A DNA stretch of 34,191 nt from Nitrospirota bacterium (GTDB taxonomy: Bacteria; Nitrospirota; Nitrospiria; 2-01-FULL-66-17), in contig JBMOMC010000043.1 of assembly GCA_049325335.1 (NCBI GenBank), positions 1 through 34,191 of the forward strand. Direction: 5' to 3'. Made by a program: the position numbers and the translations under genes. The notes under the pieces are model-generated. The model was not told the DNA's origin and made no database searches. It saw only the letters and a program-made list of their open reading frames with translations. This document shows positions 1-6,900 of this stretch, piece after piece (position 1 is the stretch's first letter; each line of letters opens with the position of its first letter).

Positions 1-34
1 GTTCGGTGGACGCTCGCTTCGCTCGCAACCGTCC

Positions 35-69
35 ACCGAACGGGGCGCGAGCTCAGCGAGTTGTTGCGC
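35..69 (-). other. Collapsed (centre-less) attC-like site in inverted orientation
   Basis: Minus strand reads GCGCAAC-AACTC-GCTGAGC-TCGCGCCCC-GTTCGGT. It shares AACAACTCGCTGA with the left end and AGCTCGCGCCCCGTT with the right end of the attC at 116-251, with a single L box and no central stem. Confidence 0.55.
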
Positions 70-115
70 GCGTGAGAGGCCGCGCTCGGCGGGGCTCGCA
101 AACGAAGCGAGCGCC

Positions 116-251
116 GCCGAACAACTCGCTGAAGCTGACATCGCGCGCAATGAGCGCGCGACTCCGCTTCGCTCCGCCCCACGGCGGGGTGGATGAGACC
201 TCTGGCCTCCCCACCCCTTGGGGGTGCAGCTTAGCTCGCGCCCCGTTGGAC
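116..251 (+). mobile_element. attC: Integron attC site 1 (136 bp)
   Basis: R'' GCCGAAC (116-122), 5-nt spacer, L'' GCTGAAGC (128-135), central imperfect palindrome, L' GCTTAGC (229-235; L'' has one extra base), R' GTTGGAC (245-251). Confidence 0.8.
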
Positions 252-426
252 CGCAGAAGTCCACGGGACATCTTGAAGGGGGGGAACATCGTGTCGGGTC
301 TCGCGGTTCAGACCGTGGCGAGGTCCGCGTGTCACCCCACTCGTCCGGCCTCCGGCGGGGGCGGGTGGTTTGTGCAGGCCACGCACCCAGTCATGAGACA
401 GCGCTCTACGGGTCAGGCCAAGGCGG

Positions 427-520
427 GTCCAACAAGTCACTCAACCCGACCGGGTGCGGGCGGCGTTGCCTCGCTCCGCTCGGGGCATCGGTAACCGGCG
501 GGTTAGCTTTATCGTTAGGC
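427..520 (+). mobile_element. attC: Integron attC site 2 (94 bp)
   Basis: R'' GTCCAAC (427-433) is the exact reverse complement of the preceding R' GTTGGAC, as expected for an integrated cassette. L'' ACTCAACC (439-446), L' GGTTAGC (501-507), R' GTTAGGC (514-520). Confidence 0.85.
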
Positions 521-539
521 AGCACGACGAAGGGTGGAC

Positions 540-1229
540 ATGACTTCGGACCCGGACATGTTGACGCTGCTAAGGCAGATCGAAGACAGCCTATTCCCGG
601 CGCTGAAGCTCGACGTCTGGGAACGGGTCGCGTACTGGCACCTCTTCGTGCGAACTCGCGCGGTGGGCCAAGACAGTGTCGTTCTCGGTGTGGACCCGCT
701 GGCCACTTCGACGGGCATCTCCACAACGAAACTGCGCGAGACGATTCGTTCCATGGCCGACAAAGGCTGCATTGCGATTGACGACCGGTCCCGCTCCGGC
801 CACAGCCTCCGAGTTCTGCTCCCGCACGAAATCCCTGGGCTCGTGGTGGACCCCTCGGAGTCAGCGAAGATCGATATCGAGACGCTGGACTTCTTCTCCG
901 GACGCCAGTTCTTGGGCAGCCTCATGCAACGCGAACGCAACCGCTGTTTCTACTGCCTCGCGGCTGTCAGCGCCGAGACGGCGGTACTCGACCACTGCGT
1001 CGCCCAAGTGAATGGGGGCGACAACTCGTACCGCAACATCGTCGTTTCGTGCCACACGTGCAACGCCCGCAAGCAGGCAATGTCGCCCGATGATTTCCTC
1101 CGCCTGCTTTACCGTAATGGTGTCTTGTCTGTATCCGATCTCAAGGACCGCCTCGACGGACTATCGCAGCTGCAGGCGGGCCGCATGGTTCCAGCGCCGT
1201 GGGACCGGATAGGGGACGTTCCTAAGTAA
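540..1229 (+). CDS. HNH endonuclease with predicted N-terminal winged-helix domain (gene cassette)
   Basis: CFYC...LDHCVAQVNGGDNSYRNIVVSCHTCNARK is a zinc-binding HNH motif. N-terminal LATSTGISTTKLRETIRSMADKGCI is HTH-like. ATG lies 20 nt after attC2 with a GAAGGG RBS (alternative GTG at 534). The stop codon lies in the downstream inverted repeat. Confidence 0.85.
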   Translation: MTSDPDMLTLLRQIEDSLFPALKLDVWERVAYWHLFVRTRAVGQDSVVLGVDPLATSTGISTTKLRETIRSMADKGCIAIDDRSRSGHSLRVLLPHEIPGLVVDPSESAKIDIETLDFFSGRQFLGSLMQRERNRCFYCLAAVSAETAVLDHCVAQVNGGDNSYRNIVVSCHTCNARKQAMSPDDFLRLLYRNGVLSVSDLKDRLDGLSQLQAGRMVPAPWDRIGDVPK

Positions 1230-1308
1230 TTAAGTAATTTCTGTCTGGTCCCAAGGGGCAACGCGTGAGGCGAGTCGAAAGTTACTTAATTACTTAGGAA
1301 CGTCCCCT
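1211..1308. repeat. 98-bp MITE/REP-like element with 27-bp perfect terminal inverted repeats
   Basis: AGGGGACGTTCCTAAGTAATTAAGTAA (1211-1237) and its reverse complement (1282-1308), separated by 44 bp. Followed by a tandem duplication of CGTCCCCTCTTGCC (1301-1314, 1315-1328). Confidence 0.85.
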
Positions 1309-1323
1309 CTTGCCCGTCCCCTC

Positions 1324-1668
1324 TTGCCGCTCACAGAAACGAACCCGCGACTCGGCAACTCTCCGTTTCTAATGCGTTTCGCGCGAGAGTTGCTTGCCCA
1401 CGAACTGGAGTTGGTGCCGGATGCCGTAATCGTCCCGCTCGGGAAATCGGTTGAGGAAGTCCTGCAAATTCTCGCTGCGGAGAAACGGATTCGTCCTGGG
1501 CGGTGGCTGTCGGCATTCCCCCATCCCTCCGGGGCGAACGCTCATCGCGTGCGTCTTTTCAAAGAAAACCGCGCCGCGCTTTCTCGGCAACTGGGAGATG
1601 TGCTCAACGGAAGCGGGCCGCCGAACACGACGCTGAACCTGGACGCGCAAACAGCGCGCGCCGGTTAG
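1324..1668 (+). pseudogene. C-terminal fragment of a uracil-DNA glycosylase-like superfamily protein (5'-truncated cassette gene)
   Basis: AVIVPLGK and FPHPSGAN resemble the C-terminal UDG-fold motifs. The N-terminal half is missing and the ORF starts inside the repeat duplication without an RBS. Confidence 0.6.
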
Positions 1669-1682
1669 CTTTTTCGTTCGGG
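1620..1682 (+). mobile_element. attC: Integron attC site 3 (63 bp), last site of the array
   Basis: R'' GCCGAAC (1620-1626), L'' GCTGAACC (1632-1639), GCGC-AAACA-GCGC centre, L' GGTTAGC (1663-1669), R' GTTCGGG (1676-1682). Confidence 0.85.
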
Positions 1683-1956
1683 CTCAGGCATATGTGGGCG
1701 GAGCTGACATTTCCCGTATAGATGTTGTAGGAGAGCGCGGAATCCCAGCGATTCAGATTGTTCAATAACGGCATCGCGCCGAGAAAGAGGATGGTGAGCG
1801 CTTGCGGAACCCTGGCGAGTCGCGATGCACCAAACATGATGCACCAAACATGATGTTGACCTCGAACGCGGGCGCTTTGTAAAAGAGCACCCAGACCTGA
1901 ACCGCCATGGTCTGGCCCCATATCCAGGCGCTGTTATTCCAGTCGCAACACAACTG
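1677..1956 (-). pseudogene. Internal fragment of a polytopic membrane protein gene, frameshifted
   Basis: Two frames (DWNNSAWIWGQTMAVQVWVLF..EVNIMFGAS and IMFGASRLARVPQALTILFLGAMPLLNNLNRWDSALSYNIYTGN) join in frame once the 14-bp tandem duplication GATGCACCAAACAT (1824-1837/1838-1851) is removed. It contains hydrophobic segments. Confidence 0.65.
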
Positions 1957-1996
1957 GGGGTGACCCCCTGCCCGCTGCTGTTTCCCACTCATTTTC

Positions 1997-2026
1997 TTGA
2001 TTTTTCCCCCGCGCCGGTGCCACAAT
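1997..2026 (+). promoter_or_regulatory. Putative sigma70 promoter of pdxJ
   Basis: TTGATT-18 bp-CACAAT with extended -10 TG, about 30 nt before the ATG. Confidence 0.35.
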
Positions 2027-2058
2027 GCCGCCCACATTGCGGGACGAATCGGTCGGGA

Positions 2059-2781
2059 ATGGCGCAGCTCGGTCTCAAACTTGATCATGTCGCCACGCTG
2101 CGGCAAGTCCGCGGGGGGATTGAGCCCAACGTCGCGGCGGCGGCGTTGTTGGCGGAGATGGGCGGGGCGGATTGGCTCATCGCGCACCTGCGCGAGGACC
2201 GTCGCCACATTCAGGACCGGGATCTTTACGCGTTGCAGCAGGTGGTGCCGTCCCGGCTCACTCTGGAAATTTCCTCGGCCGATCGGATGATCAAATTTGC
2301 GTTGGAGCTGCACCCGGCGCGCGTCACCGTTGTTCCCGAGCATCCCATGGAACTGACCACCGAGGGCGGCTTGGACATGATCGGCAAACGCGAGATCGTC
2401 GCGAACGCGGTCTCCACGCTCGCGCAAGCCGGCATCCCGGTCACCCTGCTCATCCAGCCGTCCATCGACGACGTCAAAGCCTGTCACCGTCTGGGACAGC
2501 CCGGGGTGAGCGTGGAGCTCAACGCCACCGCGTACCGCGCGGCCAAGACCCCGGCGGAGCGGCGCGCGTGCGACGAGCGGATCGTCACCGCCGCGAAATT
2601 GGCGGCGAAAGTCGGCATGCCGGTCCACCTCGGACACGGACTGACGCTGGACGCGGCGCGAACGTTCGCCACGGTGCCCGAGATCGCCCAGATCAATGTG
2701 GGTCATGCCGTGGTCGCGCGCGCGGCGTTGATCGGCATCGAAGCCGCGGTGCGGGAGATGAAGGCTGCGGCGCGCGCATGA
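2059..2781 (+). CDS. pdxJ: Pyridoxine 5'-phosphate synthase (divergent)
   Basis: DHVATLRQ, HLREDRRHIQDRD, VPE..ELTTEGGLD, GHGL and NVGH motifs; 240 aa. Confidence 0.9.
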   Translation: MAQLGLKLDHVATLRQVRGGIEPNVAAAALLAEMGGADWLIAHLREDRRHIQDRDLYALQQVVPSRLTLEISSADRMIKFALELHPARVTVVPEHPMELTTEGGLDMIGKREIVANAVSTLAQAGIPVTLLIQPSIDDVKACHRLGQPGVSVELNATAYRAAKTPAERRACDERIVTAAKLAAKVGMPVHLGHGLTLDAARTFATVPEIAQINVGHAVVARAALIGIEAAVREMKAAARA

Positions 2782-2842
2782 GGCGCCGCATGATCCACGC
2801 TCCGATCGATATTCACCCGCTGTTTCCACCGAAAATGGTGCC

Positions 2843-4894
2843 ATGAAAAGCTTATGGTCTGATCGCGACGCGGCCGGTTTGGACGGCCTGGATGCCTTGG
2901 TGTACACCTCGCGCCTGATCGGCGCGAGCCCGAACCTGGTGTTATGGGGCGGGGGGAACTCCTCGGTCAAAGTGATGGGCAAGGATCACGTGGGCCGGCA
3001 GACCCGGACCTTGTATATCAAGGGCAGCGGCTCGGACATGAAGACCATCACGGCTCAGCAGTTCACGCCGCTGCGGTTGGATGATCTGCTGCCGCTGATC
3101 AACCGGGCCGCCATGACGGACGAAGAGATGGTCGCGTACCAGGCCAAGTCCACCTTGGAGCCCGGCGCGCCCAAACCGTCGATTGAAACCCTGCTGCACG
3201 CGTTCATCCCGGCTACGCATATCTATCACACCCATGCGGACGCGATTTGCACGCTCACCGACATCGCGTCCAGCCGCGCCGTGATCGAAGAGATTTACGG
3301 CGACGAGATCGTGGTGGTGCCGTACTCCCGGCCGGGGTTCCTCTTGTCCAAACGCACGGGCGAAGCAACGGCCGCGCATCCCCGCGCGCGCGCCGTGATC
3401 TTGGACAAACACGGGCTGATTACATGGGGCGCGACCGCCAAGGCCGCGTACCTGGACACGGTCAAATACGTGAGCATGGCCGAGCGCTACATCGCATCCA
3501 AACAGCCGCGCCGCGCCCGTCGCGCCCCCGCGATCCCGCGCGCGGCCGCGGCGCATCGCCGAGAAACCGCGGCCGCGATCGCGCCCGTGTTGCGCGGGGA
3601 GATGAGCCGCGGCAAACCCGTGGTGCTCCTGTACGACGACCGGCCCGAGGTGCTGGACTTTACCCGAAACATGGATGCCAAGACGCTGACCGGCCCGTTC
3701 ACCCCGGATCATCTGCTCTACACCAAGCCGTGGCCCCTGGCCCTGGATGCCAAAGCCGCGCGTGATGAACGAACATTGCTGATCGAAGCGCCCAAGGCAC
3801 TGGAGCGGTACCGCACGCAGTACATGGCGTACTTCAACAAGCACAAGACGCCGGGTGTGACCCTGGGCGATCCCAACCCTCGCATCGTGCTGATCCCCGG
3901 CATCGGTATGTTCACCACGGGCAAGAACCGGCGCGAGACCCTCATTGCCCGCGACCTGTACCTGCACACCATGGACGTGATCCAATCCACGCACGCCTTG
4001 GGCGGGTACCGCCCACTGCCGCCGCGCGATCTGTGCGACTTTGAATATTGGCCCATGGAGAACTACAAACTCACGCTCGCGCCGCCGGAAAAATCCTTGT
4101 CGCGCCGGATCGCGTTGATCACGGGCGCGGCGGGCGGGATCGGCCGCGGGATCGCGGAGCGGTTGTTGGCCGAGGGCGCCATGGTGGCCATGACCGACGT
4201 GGATTTGGACGCCACCCGCAAGTTGGCCGAGGACTACGGTCGGCGGTTCGGCGACGGCCACGCGGTGGGGATCGAAATGGACGTGACCAACGAACGCTCG
4301 GTGCGCCGCGCGTTCGCGGACGCGGCGTTGTGCTTCGGCGGGCTCGATATCTTCGTGTCCAACGCGGGCATTGCGCACTGCGCGCCGGTGGACAAGCTCT
4401 CGCGCGCGGACTGGGATCGGTCCGTGGCGGTCAATGCCACCGGGCACTTGCTCGCGTCGCAGGAAGCCATCCGCATCATGAAGGCCCAGGGACTCGGCGG
4501 GTCCATCGTGGTGATCTCCACCAAGAACGTGCTCTCGCCGGGGCAGGACTTTGGCGCGTACTCCGCGTCCAAGGCCGCGCAAAACCAACTGGCCAAGATC
4601 ATGGCCATTGAAAACGCGCGCCACGGCATCCGCGTCAACATGGTCAACCCCGACGCGGTGTTCCTCAATTCCGGCCTATGGTCCCCGGAAATCCGCGCCG
4701 AGCGCGCCAAAGCGCACGGGATTTCGGTCGAACAAGTCGAGGATTTCTACGCCAAACGCAATTTGTTGGGCGCGAAAATCATGCCTCAAGACGTGGCCGA
4801 AGCCGTGCTCTTCTTCGCGTCGAACCGTTCCGCCAAAACTACCGGTGCGACATTGCCGGTGGATGGTGGCGTGAAGGACGCCTTCCCGCGCTAA
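2843..4894 (+). CDS. Bifunctional class II aldolase/short-chain dehydrogenase (rhamnulose-1-phosphate aldolase/alcohol dehydrogenase, YuxG/RhaEW-like)
   Basis: GGGNSSVK, KGSGSD, PSIETLLHAF, HTHAD, TPDH and FEYWPME aldolase motifs. C-terminal SDR with TGAAGGIG, SNAG and YSASK. Confidence 0.92.
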   Translation: MKSLWSDRDAAGLDGLDALVYTSRLIGASPNLVLWGGGNSSVKVMGKDHVGRQTRTLYIKGSGSDMKTITAQQFTPLRLDDLLPLINRAAMTDEEMVAYQAKSTLEPGAPKPSIETLLHAFIPATHIYHTHADAICTLTDIASSRAVIEEIYGDEIVVVPYSRPGFLLSKRTGEATAAHPRARAVILDKHGLITWGATAKAAYLDTVKYVSMAERYIASKQPRRARRAPAIPRAAAAHRRETAAAIAPVLRGEMSRGKPVVLLYDDRPEVLDFTRNMDAKTLTGPFTPDHLLYTKPWPLALDAKAARDERTLLIEAPKALERYRTQYMAYFNKHKTPGVTLGDPNPRIVLIPGIGMFTTGKNRRETLIARDLYLHTMDVIQSTHALGGYRPLPPRDLCDFEYWPMENYKLTLAPPEKSLSRRIALITGAAGGIGRGIAERLLAEGAMVAMTDVDLDATRKLAEDYGRRFGDGHAVGIEMDVTNERSVRRAFADAALCFGGLDIFVSNAGIAHCAPVDKLSRADWDRSVAVNATGHLLASQEAIRIMKAQGLGGSIVVISTKNVLSPGQDFGAYSASKAAQNQLAKIMAIENARHGIRVNMVNPDAVFLNSGLWSPEIRAERAKAHGISVEQVEDFYAKRNLLGAKIMPQDVAEAVLFFASNRSAKTTGATLPVDGGVKDAFPR

Positions 4895-5015
4895 CAGGCT
4901 GCTGAAAAAGTCCGTCTGCGGCGTTCTCGGTCGTCGGAACTCCTCACGTACGACCCAGTACGCTCCGGGTTCCTCCTCCCTGCGGCCTTGCAGCCGGAGC
5001 TTTTTGAGCAGCCTG
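4895..5015. repeat. 121-bp intergenic MITE-like inverted-repeat element between convergent genes
   Basis: Ends CAGGCTGCTGAAAAAG / CTTTTTGAGCAGCCTG (15/16 match). Pairing extends inward and there is a central CGTAC-N6-GTACG. Confidence 0.8.
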
Positions 5016-5068
5016 CTGGGTGGGACAATTCTCCTGCCTGGCGACGAAGATCGGAAACAAGGGGCGGG

Positions 5069-5584
5069 CTAACTCGCTAGCACCCGCCGGGCGCCGAGGA
5101 AGCGCGTCCGCCAGTAGTCCGTATCCAACCGCTGGATGTTGACCACGCCCCCTGAGCTGGGAGCGTGGATGAAGCGGCCCTCGCCCAGATACAGTCCCAG
5201 GTGCAGGTCCTTCTTGCGGTCGATCCGGAAGTAGACGAGATCCGCGGGTTGAAGTTGTGACGCCGTGATCGGATCACCGGTTTGGATCTGTTCGAGCGAC
5301 GTGCGGGGCAATGAGACACCCGCGGCCGTGCGGAACACGTACATCAGATACCCCGTGCAATCGAAGCCCTTGGGCGTGGTGCCCCCGAATTTGTAGGGTG
5401 TGCCGACGAGTTGAGCTGCGGTGGCGATCACGCGTTGGCGGGTGGCACTGACCGGCTGCGCAGGCGCGGCGCGAAGCGCGGCGAGATCAAGCCCGGGGCG
5501 ACCCTTGGCGTCCTTGGGAAGAGAAGTCCCTGCGCAAGCCGACAGTGAGAGGCCGAACATGACGAGAACAATCCATCGACGCAC
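5069..5584 (-). CDS. NlpC/P60 (C40) cell-wall peptidase lipoprotein
   Basis: GTPYKFGG, GFDCTG (catalytic Cys), HLGLYLG and FIHAPS motifs; lipobox LSAC. The GTG start at 5584 is inferred. Confidence 0.92.
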   Translation of the reverse strand: MRRWIVLVMFGLSLSACAGTSLPKDAKGRPGLDLAALRAAPAQPVSATRQRVIATAAQLVGTPYKFGGTTPKGFDCTGYLMYVFRTAAGVSLPRTSLEQIQTGDPITASQLQPADLVYFRIDRKKDLHLGLYLGEGRFIHAPSSGGVVNIQRLDTDYWRTRFLGARRVLAS

Positions 5585-5687
5585 GTTCGGAAGATAGCAA
5601 AAGATCGCCGAACCGCAACCGGATTGGAGAGTCGCTCCGCATGCCTCACCATGCCGATGACGCCAAGCCAGGAGGCTAGGCGTTTTC

Positions 5688-5717
5688 TTGCTCCGCGCCT
5701 GATGGCCGTGATAAGCT
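5688..5717 (+). promoter_or_regulatory. Putative sigma70 promoter for the propeller gene/rimO
   Basis: TTGCTC-18 bp-TAAGCT with extended -10 TG. Confidence 0.35.
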
Positions 5718-5765
5718 GCCAGACTGTTGTGTTCGTATCCCCGAGTCGGATGAGGACGTGCTGGA

Positions 5766-6878
5766 TTGGAGCATCGTGATCGAAACATACTGGGTATCCG
5801 GCGATTCGTGGCCGGTGTGGTGGGCGCCGGATGTCTGTCCGCCGTGATCGCGGCCTGTACAACGGGCTCAACGCCGCAATATCGGGTGGTGGAGAGCTTC
5901 GAGACCGGCGCGGACGCGTTTGTCCGGTCCCTGGCGATCGACGGGGCGAATCTGTGGGTCGCGACCTCGGACGGGGTGATTAAGGTGGAACGGGCGACCG
6001 GCCGCAAGGTGGGCCATCTCACCACGCAGAATGGGCTGATGGTCAACTACGCGTTTACGGTGTCGGTGGACCCCAAGGGGACCACGTGGCTGGGCACCAA
6101 CAGCGGCGGGTTAGCGCGCGTGGATGGTGAACGGGTGACGACCTTTCACGTGCGCGACGGGCTGGCTGATCCGTGGGTGTACAACATCGCGTATCAGCGC
6201 AACGGCGCCATGTGGGTCGGGACATGGAACGGGGTGAGTCGCTATCAGGACAACGTATTTTCGTCGTATCGCGTCGAGGACGGATTGATCAACCGCTGGG
6301 TGTACGCGGTGGCGGTGGACCGCGACGACTCGGTCTGGTTCGGAACTGAGGGCGGGGTGAGTCGCTTTGACGGCACGACGTGGACCAGTTGGACGCATCG
6401 CGACGGATTGGGCGCGCCGAATATGGCCCATCTCAACGCCAGCGACAACACGGGATTCGGGTCATTCACGACCGGCAATATCCATCGGCACGACTTGACC
6501 GCATTGGACCCCGAGGGGCGCGAAACCTACAACGAGAACTATGTGTTCTCGTTGTTGATCGACCCGCGCGGGGTCAAGTGGATCGGTACGTGGGGTGGTG
6601 GCGTGGCCCGCTTCGACGGCAAAACGTGGACGAACTACACGACCAGGGACGGCTTGGCCGGCAACGTGGTGTACGCGATCGCGCAGGACCCCACGGGCCG
6701 CCTCTGGTTCGGCACCAACCACGGCCTGTCCACCTATGACGGCAAGACCTGGTCCACGGTGTCGCCGGAGCAGCGGTACACTGGCGGCGATGTCTACGCC
6801 GTGGCGGTTGCCCCGGATCGCTCGGTGTGGATGGGGTACAAAGGCGGGGTGGCCCACGTCAGTCGCGGTCGCTCCTAG
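5766..6878 (+). CDS. Stand-alone two-component-regulator-type beta-propeller protein, probable lipoprotein
   Basis: Repeated DGL...V..I..D..G..W.GT..G blades; N-terminal hydrophobic stretch with IAAC lipobox. Start uncertain. Confidence 0.8.
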   Translation: MEHRDRNILGIRRFVAGVVGAGCLSAVIAACTTGSTPQYRVVESFETGADAFVRSLAIDGANLWVATSDGVIKVERATGRKVGHLTTQNGLMVNYAFTVSVDPKGTTWLGTNSGGLARVDGERVTTFHVRDGLADPWVYNIAYQRNGAMWVGTWNGVSRYQDNVFSSYRVEDGLINRWVYAVAVDRDDSVWFGTEGGVSRFDGTTWTSWTHRDGLGAPNMAHLNASDNTGFGSFTTGNIHRHDLTALDPEGRETYNENYVFSLLIDPRGVKWIGTWGGGVARFDGKTWTNYTTRDGLAGNVVYAIAQDPTGRLWFGTNHGLSTYDGKTWSTVSPEQRYTGGDVYAVAVAPDRSVWMGYKGGVAHVSRGRS

Positions 6879-6900
6879 CCGCATCGCCGAACCGGACCGT

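Noticed and set aside
1..520. Possible CRISPR array
   Set aside because: There are no constant direct repeats with regular spacers and no cas genes. The repeats fit attC geometry.
6..781. ORFs 6..494, 218..781 and 53..289
   Set aside because: They run through attC palindromes or out of frame over the HNH gene, and show Arg/Pro/Gly-rich shadow composition.
1..2000. Integron integrase or transposase gene
   Set aside because: No tyrosine recombinase, DDE or HUH motifs were recognised in any ORF.
1762..4624. Long antisense ORFs 1762..2982 and 2942..4624
   Set aside because: Shadows of pdxJ and the aldolase gene. Only the distal part of the first belongs to the pseudogene.
5585..6046. N-terminal extension of the NlpC ORF
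   Set aside because: It overlaps the divergent propeller gene. The lipoprotein signal and promoter indicate a start near 5584.
6595..6900. N-terminal extension of rimO
   Set aside because: It overlaps the upstream gene in another frame. Recognisable RimO sequence starts after the ATG at 6901.
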